Below, piece after piece: positions 1 through 8,207 of a stretch of 10,937 bases of DNA. Position 1 is the stretch's first letter. Each line of letters opens with the position of its first letter. Below the pieces are notes generated by a model, which was given only the letters and a program-made list of their open reading frames with translations, searched no databases and was not told the origin of the DNA. This stretch comes from Thecamonas trahens ATCC 50062 (taxonomy: Eukaryota; Protista; Apusomonadida), in contig NW_013657593.1 in NCBI RefSeq assembly GCF_000142905.1, positions 1 through 10,937 of the forward strand, given 5' to 3'. The position numbers and the translations under genes are program-made.

Positions 1-1560
1 GCGGCGAGCAATGCCATGGTTGCGAGGATGTTGGAGGGCGAGACGGTGACGTGGAGCGGGCGCAGTTCAAGGGACGGCTCGAGGGCATTGATGTCGGCGC
101 CGGAGTTGATGAGGAAGGCAAAGACTGGGATGGAGAACGGGATTGTGTCTGCGGCATGAAGGACGATGAAGAGGGCGAGGGTGGCCTTGTTGATGCCGCT
201 GGTTAGCTCGGTGGCGCCGTCGCCATGCTCGCGGATCCAGGCGACCATCGCAGATGAGAACACTGCAGATCGCTCCACGGGAGCAGCTACGTACACATGC
301 GTGTTGTCCGGCTGCAGCGTGAAGGGATCGAGACCAACTCCGCCCAGCTCGGCCATACGCTCAGCTGTCAGCTGGTTCGCGGCGATAATGGTGTCGAGCA
401 CAGTGGCGCCGTTTCCGTCGACGGCAGACTGGTCGAGGACGACGTCGAGGGCGGCAACTGCCTCGAGGAGAGCTTTGAGGGCACCGTGATTGGAGTGAGC
501 AAAGGCGACATGAATGACGGGCGTATTGAACGTGGGTTCAACAGCGTTGACGTCTGCACCAGCGGTGATGAGCTCGGAGACGATGTCGGCTGAGATCGGG
601 ACGGTCGGTGAGGCGCGGAGGACGACAAAGAGGGCGAGGGTGGCCTTGTTGATGCCGTTGGCGAGCTCGGTGGCGCCGTCGCCATGCTCGCGGATCCAGG
701 CGACCATCGCAGATGAGAACGCTGCAGATCGCTCCNNNNNNNNNNNNNNNNNNNNNNNNNNNNNNNNNNNNNNNNNNNNNNNNNNNNNNNNNNNNNNNNN
801 NNNNNNNNNNNNNNNNNNNNNNNNNNNNNNNNNNNNNNNNNNNNNNNNNNNNNNNNNNNNNNNNNNNNNNNNNNNNNNNNNNNNNNNNNNNNNNNNNNNN
901 NNNNNNNNNNNNNNNNNNNNNNNNNNNNNNNNNNNNNNNNNNNNNNNNNNNNNNNNNNNNNNNNNNNNNNNNNNNNNNNNNNNNNNNNNNNNNNNNNNNN
1001 NNNNNNNNNNNNNNNNNNNNNNNNNNNNNNNNNNNNNNNNNNNNNNNNNNNNNNNNNNNNNNNNNNNNNNNNNNNNNNNNNNNNNNNNNNNNNNNNNNNN
1101 NNNNNNNNNNNNNNNNNNNNNNNNNNNNNNNNNNNNNNNNNNNNNNNNNNNNNNNNNNNNNNNNNNNNNNNNNNNNNNNNNNNNNNNNNNNNNNNNNNNN
1201 NNNNNNNNNNNNNNNNNNNNNNNNNNNNNNNNNNNNNNNNNNNNNNNNNNNNNNNNNNNNNNNNNNNNNNNNNNNNNNNNNNNNNNNNNNNNNNNNNNNN
1301 NNNNNNNNNNNNNNNNNNNNNNNGCCACCGGCGAGGGCGACCACTGCCGCATCGGTGATGTTGGAGCAGTTGTACAAGTTGAGGGTTGTGAGGTTGGGGC
1401 ACATCTCCACCACCACCATGGCCATGGCGTCGGTGAAGGACTGGTTGTACTCCGCCCTCACCTCGCCCACGCCCACCCCATCCCCCAGAGCCCTCCTCAC
1501 CTCCTCCACTGTCCTCGTATTCGTCACGTTCACCACTCGTCCAGCACCATTCGCAGCCAT
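1..1560 (-). CDS. LRR (cysteine-containing, FBXL/AMN1-like) plus ankyrin-repeat protein; spans the N gap and runs off the left edge of the window
   Basis: ATG at 1560 reads MAANGAGRVV...FTDAMAMVVVEMCPNLTTLNLYNCSNITDAAVVALAGG, a classic LRR_CC unit. After the gap, a stop-free minus frame from 734 to the window edge (absent from the ORF track) reads ERSAAFSSAMVAWIREHGDG...ELITAGADVNAVEPTFNTPVIHVAFAHSNHGALKALLEA...SAVDGNGATVLDTII...FLINSGADINALEPSLELRPLHVTV, with ankyrin motifs (GADVNA, xPLH). The two parts are in different nominal frames across an estimated-size gap, so a single gene is inferred, not proven. Confidence 0.75.
169..735 (-). repeat. 459-bp-period (153-aa) intragenic repeat; near-identical copies at 169-276 and 628-735
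   Basis: The segment aagagggcgagggtggccttgttgatgccg...cagatcgctcc occurs twice, 459 bp apart, with 4 mismatches in 108 bp. Confidence 0.95.
736..1323. other. Assembly gap (588 N)
   Basis: Run of n, bounded by an LRR unit on one side and a near-identical 108-bp repeat copy on the other, consistent with a repeat-induced break. Confidence 0.99.
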
Positions 1561-1842
1561 ACTCCTCTCCACTCTGTCAGACAGAGAGATATACCCTTCC
1601 CACCTTCCGCATACCCCCCGCCACCCACCCACTCACACAGCCATTCGGCAGAAATCAAAGCCATCCAAAAAATTCACTCCGAAAGTGTTCGACGGAATTA
1701 TCATTGCTCCCTCCACCACTCAGACACCCCCACCATACTCATTGCCCACTTACACATCCTCCCGACCACCCTCTGTACACCCCCCATGGTCACATATCCA
1801 TCGTTCCCGTCAGACCACCCCATCACCCTCCATTGGTCCTCC

Positions 1843-1877
1843 CGGCACTGTGACGTCAATCTCGGCACTGTGACGTC
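1843..1877. promoter_or_regulatory. Tandem 15-bp direct repeat cggcactgtgacgtc containing a CRE/ATF-like TGACGTC core
   Basis: Copies at 1843-1857 and 1863-1877 (20-bp period); the first copy extends to the full palindrome TGACGTCA. It lies about 290 bp upstream of the LRR-ankyrin ATG. A regulatory role is inference. Confidence 0.4.
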
Positions 1878-2039
1878 GTGCCCTTCCCTGCCCCCTCTGC
1901 CGGGAAGCCCCGCCACCATCCGCCACCGCCCGCCCCTTCCGCCCGCTCCGTCGCGGACAAACAAGGCAACGTCCCCATTCAGCCAGCAGCCGCACCCTGG
2001 ATCCTCACGGACCGCGCCAATCCCGAGGAAGGCGTGTGG

Positions 2040-2680
2040 CATCACGGACACAAACGCATACACGCGTGCTCTCTGCCGATAGAGTATGGCTACCACATCA
2101 AGAGCCGCATACGCCTGGGCCGCACAGGGGAGATTGTCGCGCTCTCTTCAGATGTCTTTCCACGTGGACTCGTCGCCGAGCGAGCGCGGATGTGCGGCCA
2201 GTACTATCTTGGCATTCCTCTTGATACCAAGGACGCCTGAGAGCATACCACGAGCGACAGTTGCGTGCATGTGCAAGTCGCCGAGAGCAGCATCACTGCT
2301 GATGCGATGCTGCAACCTGTTGTTCGGCGGCAAACGAGCCCAGATCACGAGTGCGTTGACGAGCTGCACGTCACGGACACGCCCCCGTCCACAGTAGTGC
2401 CCAGCTGGTCATCCCAGACGAGCAGCGCTGGGCCGGAGGAAGACTGAAGAAGATCGCGGGCCCAGGAGGTGACCGAGGCGTCGGCGTCGGCGAAACTGAT
2501 CCACACTAGCACAGCGGCTAGACCGTCGCCGATGAGCGCTCCAGCCGCAAGCCATACAACCGGCCCAGTGCGAGAGAGGATGATCCCTTTGCAGTCGACA
2601 GCAGGAGATGGGTTGCAGCTAGTGAGGCAAGCGTGCTCGCGTGGGGCGCATTGTCGGCCGCCGTGACGATGATGGCCGGG
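2040..2680 (-). pseudogene. Disrupted EXD1/Egalitarian-like DEDDy 3'-5' exonuclease
   Basis: Minus-strand translation across frames gives the family motifs in order: ExoI-like AVDCKGIILSRTGPVVWL (D at 2596-2594; consensus DCEGxxLxRxG with E replaced by K), then WARDLLQSSSGPALLVWD, a frameshift near 2400, RVRDVQLVNAL (cf. vfDTQ), MLSGVLGIK, and KDI*RERDNLPCAAQAYAALDVVAIL (ExoIII WxxRxL...YAAxDV, with TGA at 2150-2148 where Trp is expected). Boundaries are approximate. Confidence 0.75.
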
Positions 2681-2840
2681 GTCGCACTGGGAGCGTGGAC
2701 GTGATTAGAGGGGGGATGGCACCCCCCAAGAACGGAAAGCTTCTCCAAGGTGGTGGCGGAGAGGGCTTGTGGCTTTGAGGCGCTTGATGCCCCAGAAATC
2801 ATTGAGGGGGTTGGTGAGTGGTAAGATCCTCAATGACGAA

Positions 2841-3445
2841 TCAAAGTGGTGCCTCCTCTATTTTTTGGGCGGATCGTCCGCAGGCGCATCCACCAACCCA
2901 CCACCACCAGCATTGGGGGCGTCGCACCGCGGGCAACCCAGTTCGTGTGAGGTTGTTGTACTGTAGGTAAAGTGTCCCCGCGAGCACATCGTGATCCACC
3001 TCATCTGCCTTGGGCGCTGCCCACAGCTCCGCCAGCGCCACAGGCAGCAACGGGGCCGGGCCCCCACGGCCACAACAACTCTAACCCCTCCACAACATCT
3101 GCCTACTTCACTTCACGTTGCAGCCCCCAGCTGCCACTGCGTCGCCAGCCAGCACGGCACAACCGCGCGCAGCGAGGCAGCGCGATCCCGTCGCGAGTAC
3201 AGCTTGGACGCCTGCGGCTTGAGCACCTCTCGCGCTACGCGCGCCAGCACGTCGACCTCGTCTCGCGAGAGCTGGCCAAACGTGCTCGACCACTCGGCAT
3301 CCGACCCGAGCTTGGCTTTGACGATGGCTTCGCAATGGGTCCACGGCAGACCGCGGAGAGCTTAGTCGCTGAGCTGAGACGGGATGCACACGACTCAACG
3401 GCTGGCCTGAAAGGCGGCGACAGTCTCCTCGAACCGGGCAATGAT
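2841..3445 (-). pseudogene. Decayed protein-coding sequence of unknown family
   Basis: After an acceptor-like ttttcatgcacag, a frame with coding-like codon usage reads IIARFEETVAAFQASR*VVCIPSQLSD*ALRGLPWTHCEAIVKAKLGSDAEWSSTFGQLSRDEVDVLARVAREVLKPQASKLYSRR (stops at 3397-3395 and 3364-3362), with a downstream fragment LPVALAELWAAPKADEVDHDVLAGTLYL. Confidence 0.45.
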
Positions 3446-4140
3446 CTGTGCATGAAAAGGGGCTAATCACGTGGGCGCCGTGAACGAGGGGCCCAGATTG
3501 GGCGCGTTTGCATTGCTATTTGCACCGCAATCTGAGGTGCAATCTGATGCGGTTCAAAATGCGCCGGTAAACTTCTTCGGTGGTGGCGGGCGGGAGGGTC
3601 TGAAACCCATAAATGCTGGGGCGGCGACGCGAGTATTTTATACTACACCTTTTCGCCATTTGACCTCAGAAAGTGTGACGTGATACGTATCAAAACGGTT
3701 TGCTGGGCGCCAGAGAACTCGGCCTCTCTCCCCTCCTGTACGCATGCCTTAGTCTTTACGTGAACCCCTTTGGTACAAGTTGTGGAAACTTCGTGGGTTC
3801 ACACATACCAAGTGTAGACCCTATGCGCTGCGCATTGCGCATGCCAGGCGTCGAAATCGCGCGGGCGTCGTGTTTTGCCGCCAGCCACTGGCCACGGCGA
3901 ACAGGTGGGAACGTTCTGGGAACGGTCGCAGAGGGTGCGAGAACAATCGCTGTCAACATGCGCGTGTATTGCGCACGCTTCGCTTAGGGCAAGAGCGTCG
4001 ATGATGCTGGAAGATCGCCACCCGACGGCGAACAATCGCCACCCGTCAGCAGCAAACAGCCAAGTCACGTTTCCATCAACAGGCACACGACGGCCGCCTT
4101 CCACGAGTCGCCCTAACCACACCTGTCTGGATAGGTGGTC

Positions 4141-6111
4141 ATGGCCGCATACGTAGGACCCTTGAAGGAGGAACTGGAGGCGGCTGACAAAGATAAGAAC
4201 GTTCAGGGGTGGCCCAAGTGGGGCATGCCTGTCACGGACGGGGAGTCGCTTATGGCTCAGCGCGCCAACATCATTTCCAAATTGTCTGATCTTGGCGCAG
4301 AGGAGGGGCAGTTTTTGCATCGCACGCTGGCGCGCCCTCGGTACGGTGCCGAGGAGGAAACGCGTATAGATCTTGCAGTCGACGAGGACGGACTTGTCCG
4401 TGCAGGGCAGGACAGCATTGCCGGCCGCGGCATCTCGGTGCATTACGCGTCGCTCGTGAAAGAAGGCGACGTGAAGGACGCCTTGGTCCGCAAACACGCC
4501 CTCCTCATCAAGCAGTCGGTGTTCGAGCAGGTCAAGCTGCAGAAGGTCAAGGGGAACAAGCAGACGGAGAGGGTGGCGAGGCACGATGCGATGGTGAAGA
4601 AGAACGTGGTCGACTACCTCAAAGAGGTAGACGCGGCGTTCGGTGACCGGGGCACCCGCCAGTTTTGGCTCGGCATCTGCTGCGTCCGGCCGATCCCCAC
4701 TGGCTCCCCGCCTCTGCTGTCCTGCTGCCAGTGTGCGCCGACTGAGCGGCGTGAGGGCGACTGCTTCACGGTCAAGCCCGATCCCGTGAACAAGGGTGGT
4801 GCGTATGATGACGTGCCAGGTGCGTGGGAGCACCACCTCGTGACGCCTGTCCACAACATGAGCCAGCTGACCACGGACCTGTTTGGCTTTGCGTACGGGC
4901 CGAATGACGACAATTCTGGCTGGGAGCCGTGCCTGTACGGCGCCCTCGCCCTCCAAGCCGGTGCTGGGGCTCCCGTGTTCAAGATGTATCGCCCACCAAA
5001 GGCCCCCCAGGTCCTTGTCGACGCTCACTACGTTCTCCGCGAGTACTTTGAGTTTCTTGTGCGCAACGATGAGAACGACGTGGCGTTCCTCGTCCTGGAC
5101 GAGCTCGAGCGCCTTGAAGGCCAGGAGTGGGATGAGTCGCGTGGCGAGCCATGCCTCCCTCCGAGCGCTGTGGTCTTGCTGGAGCAGGGCGTCGTGTTTG
5201 GGTGCTTCGACCCGATGCGCACGGACGTTGAAGCGTTGCGCATGCTGGCTTTCCGCTCCGCGCCCGGCGTTCTCCTTTACTCGTCCGCACCTCTCGTTTC
5301 CCCCCGGGCGCGGCGCTGCCACCCGTCGCACGAGGAGATGCGCGCGGCCGTGTGCCGGGCGCTGGAGGCTGTTGACCCTGATGAGTGGTCGGAGGGTGCT
5401 GCCGCCGCCGCCGAGGTGCTGCGGTCGTCGCCATCTGTCTCATTTGCCGCTGCTGCGGCGTCGACGCTGGTCACTGTGGCCGGCCTCGGCGACGCGCGCG
5501 AATTCATCGTCTCTGCTCTGGAGGATGACGAACGCCTCGCTCGCCTCGTCCTCAACGCTGTTGCCGACACGTGCGCATCCGAGGCGAAGGCCACGCCACG
5601 GTCACTTGGTGCAGTTGTCCCTTACGTGCCTCCTATGGCAGAGCTCGAGCACGACGCCCTCCTGGTCAACATCGTGCCTGTGACTTGCGCTGCTGCGCCC
5701 GAGTGGGCGGACCGGTACGACACGTTTGTTCCTGATTTTTACCACGTCATGCGCCCTGTCCAGCGGCGCGCCGGAGCCGCCCTCCAGGTTCTCTACGTCG
5801 ACAACCACCGTCTCGCCGTGGGGGAAACGCTTCTGCTCCGAACCGCTATCGATGCTGACGAGAGGACACAGTACCTCGACGCCCTCGCGTCGATCCCTCT
5901 CTTCCGCTGGACACGGTCTCATTCTGCCGTCGGCGTCCGGCCGGGCAACGATCTCGGCGATCAGTTCTTCCTCCTTTTCTCCGACTCGGCGGCGCTTCTC
6001 GACATCGCGACGTCCGCTGCCCGCCGCAAGTTCTCGTCCGCGCTTGCTCCCACTTTGGCCCGGTACCGGCTGAGGCTCGACTCCTCCCACGAGGAGGTGA
6101 AGGTTGATTGA
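4141..6111 (+). CDS. Hypothetical 656-aa protein with a C2H2 (U1/matrin-like) zinc finger and a candidate PIN-like domain
   Basis: Longest ORF, ATG at 4141, strong GC3 codon bias, no intron needed. CCQC...WEHHLVTPVH (4723-4854) fits CxxC...Hx5H. QVLVDAHYVL / VAFLVLDELERLE / TDVEALRMLA / GVLLYSSAPL (5008-5300) follows PIN motif order. The domain calls are by eye. Confidence 0.85.
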   Translation: MAAYVGPLKEELEAADKDKNVQGWPKWGMPVTDGESLMAQRANIISKLSDLGAEEGQFLHRTLARPRYGAEEETRIDLAVDEDGLVRAGQDSIAGRGISVHYASLVKEGDVKDALVRKHALLIKQSVFEQVKLQKVKGNKQTERVARHDAMVKKNVVDYLKEVDAAFGDRGTRQFWLGICCVRPIPTGSPPLLSCCQCAPTERREGDCFTVKPDPVNKGGAYDDVPGAWEHHLVTPVHNMSQLTTDLFGFAYGPNDDNSGWEPCLYGALALQAGAGAPVFKMYRPPKAPQVLVDAHYVLREYFEFLVRNDENDVAFLVLDELERLEGQEWDESRGEPCLPPSAVVLLEQGVVFGCFDPMRTDVEALRMLAFRSAPGVLLYSSAPLVSPRARRCHPSHEEMRAAVCRALEAVDPDEWSEGAAAAAEVLRSSPSVSFAAAAASTLVTVAGLGDAREFIVSALEDDERLARLVLNAVADTCASEAKATPRSLGAVVPYVPPMAELEHDALLVNIVPVTCAAAPEWADRYDTFVPDFYHVMRPVQRRAGAALQVLYVDNHRLAVGETLLLRTAIDADERTQYLDALASIPLFRWTRSHSAVGVRPGNDLGDQFFLLFSDSAALLDIATSAARRKFSSALAPTLARYRLRLDSSHEEVKVD

Positions 6112-6132
6112 ACACCGTCGTTTACTGAGCCG

Positions 6133-6940
6133 GTGACCGTCGTGTCCTCCTCGAGCCCGTCGAAAACGCGACCGCGAACGCGCCCGGTGCGTCCGGGACC
6201 CAGTACGTCGTCTGCGTCGCGTTGTCGATCACGACCGCTCGGCTCCACACGCACCCCACCGGGAGGCACGTGTCGGGATTGCCCGAGTCGTGGCCCCGAA
6301 CCAGGCATTGTCATCTACGACGAGGACGGGGCGACGGTCGAGTTCTTCAAATGCTCGCACTGCCATTGTCGCCGCCACGGTTTCAAGCCTCCGCCACCCC
6401 ACGAGATGCTTGGCACGTCGGGCACGTCGGGCACCACGGCTGAGGAGCCCCTCGACACCTCGGCTGACATGATCGTTGAATCGCAGGAGTCGAACTTGCA
6501 GGACAAGGAGCGTTTTGACGACTGTGGGCGCCTGAAAGGCGAGATCCAGCAATCTGATTCGCCGAATGCTGCACTTACAGCCGCCCTCTTGGTGGGCGCG
6601 CCTGTCGAAAAGGCTCTGGATTGGGCGACGGGGCGGTCAGATGACCCAAAATTGGAGAAGGATGCCGTTGCGTGGGCCCAGTGCGCACGGCCTCACGTCG
6701 CTCATGGACACAGCGGCCATCAACAAGCTGCCTGAGCCCGCCAGAAACGAGATTCACGTCATGATCAGCAAGGTCAAGAAGATTGTGACCGAGGACTTTG
6801 CGCTGGTGATGGGAGACACTGTCGACGATGGTGACTGCAGCGGGTCCAAGGAGGTGGTTGGCATGCTTGTGAGGCAGGAGCAGATGCAGTCGGTAGCGAC
6901 CAGCCTCCTCATGCAGGCCAGGAGATCCAAAGGCGGCTCA
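6133..6940 (+). pseudogene. Frameshifted CDS, or C-terminal continuation of the upstream ORF, with a CxxC...CxxC zinc-binding motif
   Basis: The frame is the same as 4141-6111 and stays open after the TGA: TCRDC...GIVIYDEDGATVEFFKCSHCHC...KALDWATGRSDDPKLEKDAVAWA. Removing one C from the ccc at 6677-6679 joins it to SAHGLTSLMDTAAINKLPEPARNEIHVMISKVKKIVTEDFALVMG. The right boundary is approximate. Confidence 0.5.
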
Positions 6941-7194
6941 AGGCCCCGCCAGGCCCGCACTCCACATCGCAGGCACACCAGGAGACACAAACGCGGGCGG
7001 CGACACCCAGAGAGACACCGCACGACCAGCAATGCCACGTCCAAATTGCCGCACAACGGGAGAAACACTGCAACCATCCGTGTTGTTCACGAAAACAGTG
7101 GCATGCGTGACGATGGAAGGGCGCGATTGCGAAGAGACAAAGATGGCGGACCCCGAGCCCAGAGCACGGTTATTTGCAAAGCGCGATGAACCGG

Positions 7195-7876
7195 TCACGG
7201 TGAGCGGCTGTGCTCCTTGAACCACTTGCCAAAGCCGCTCATGGCAAACGGCCGGGCCCCAGTCGCCTCGTCGACCCACTTGTTAGCGAGCCAGCCAAAG
7301 GTACGCGCCCTCGACTCGGATGTCACATACGGCACCGAGTCAAGGGCGTTGCGGAGAAAGATGAGCGCGTGCGTCCCGATGAGCACCGGCGTCGCGTCCG
7401 GCTTGCGTGCCAGCTGCCGCACCTGCCGCTTGTTGGTCTCGCGGAACCGATCGCCCGGCAGACTTGCCCACCCACCGCTTAAGTCCTTGGCCGTCGACGA
7501 CCGTCTCCCTAGCCAGCTAGGACGGTCGAGGACCGGAGTGCCAAGCGGCGAGATCCGTCAGAGGCAGTCGAGCGTGAACACCCCCGACGGGCCAAACAGC
7601 GGCAGTGCGACAGGCGGGATGTCGATCCGGGCCGACGTCCCCGCCGCCGCGCTGGCCTCCAGCTTGTACTCGGCGCCAAAGGCCACGAGTACTGGGCCCC
7701 GGAAGCATCGATCGCAAAGAGTGAACGCGCCCGCCACGCCTTCGGCCTGAGTCACCAGATAGTCGCTCCCACCGCATCAGAGCGGGGGTGTAGCACTGGG
7801 CGAACGGGTCGAGCTGGGTCGGCCATGGCGGCTCGACCGGCTGCTGCAGGCGTGACGCCAGCATCGTCTCCACCAT
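7195..7876 (-). pseudogene. Decayed gene, possibly with helicase-like motifs
   Basis: ATG at 7876 (MVETMLASRLQQPVEPPWPTQLDPF), a frameshift near 7755, an in-frame TGA at 7560-7558, then ...RKPDATPVLIGTHALIFLRNALD...FGWLANKWVDEATG. The helicase resemblance is weak. Confidence 0.4.
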
Positions 7877-8207
7877 TCACCACCCAAACGTGGTGTGTGG
7901 ATCTGGGGTGTCCTGAACATGCCGGGGCGCACCATGGAAAAAGGTGGTGGTGTGTAAGTGGGGTGGGGGTGAGGGTGGGGTGAGGTTGTGAGATCGGCGG
8001 TCGGCGCGCGCGGCGAATTCAGGACTTTGCCTCTGACATGATGTGGTCCGGGGTGGTGATGGTGTCGGGAGAGTGAGAAGGGTGGGTGTAGGTGGAGGGA
8101 GGAGGAGATCAGAGTCGAGTCCGGCAAGCCCGGCTACGTCTTCTGGCTCGCCAGCCTACGAGTCGTCGGGCGACAGCGAGCTTGCTCGGCCGGTCATCGA
8201 GGTGGAG

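Noticed and set aside
2699-3472. 10-bp inverted repeat ACGTGATTAG / CTAATCACGT flanking a decayed gene (possible transposon TIRs)
   Set aside because: It does not extend, there is no convincing target-site duplication or transposase motif, and 10-bp matches are expected by chance in a window of this size.
3740-3825. U2-like (CAAGTGTAG) and U12-like (ATGCCTTA) short matches
   Set aside because: The flanking conserved snRNA sequence, stems and Sm site are absent.
4014-4045. Short direct repeat ATCGCCACCCG x2, and 9-bp repeats at 6412-6439
   Set aside because: Two- to three-copy microduplications with no spacer array; not CRISPR-like and of no evident function.
3799-5331. 510-aa minus-strand ORF and other long antisense or overlapping ORFs (e.g. 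8109-8987, 514-2082, 713-1873)
   Set aside because: These are shadow ORFs of GC3-biased genes on the opposite strand, or artefacts of reading through the N gap.
6133-7220. Retrotransposon gag-like interpretation of the Cys-rich ORF
   Set aside because: No CCHC knuckle, RT (YxDD), RNase H, integrase or tyrosine recombinase motif, and no LTRs were seen.
2148-7560. Alternative genetic code (UGA = Trp) suggested by in-frame TGAs
   Set aside because: TGG is used for Trp throughout the intact ORF, and the same genes also carry frameshifts, a TAA stop and a catalytic substitution, so pseudogenisation is simpler.
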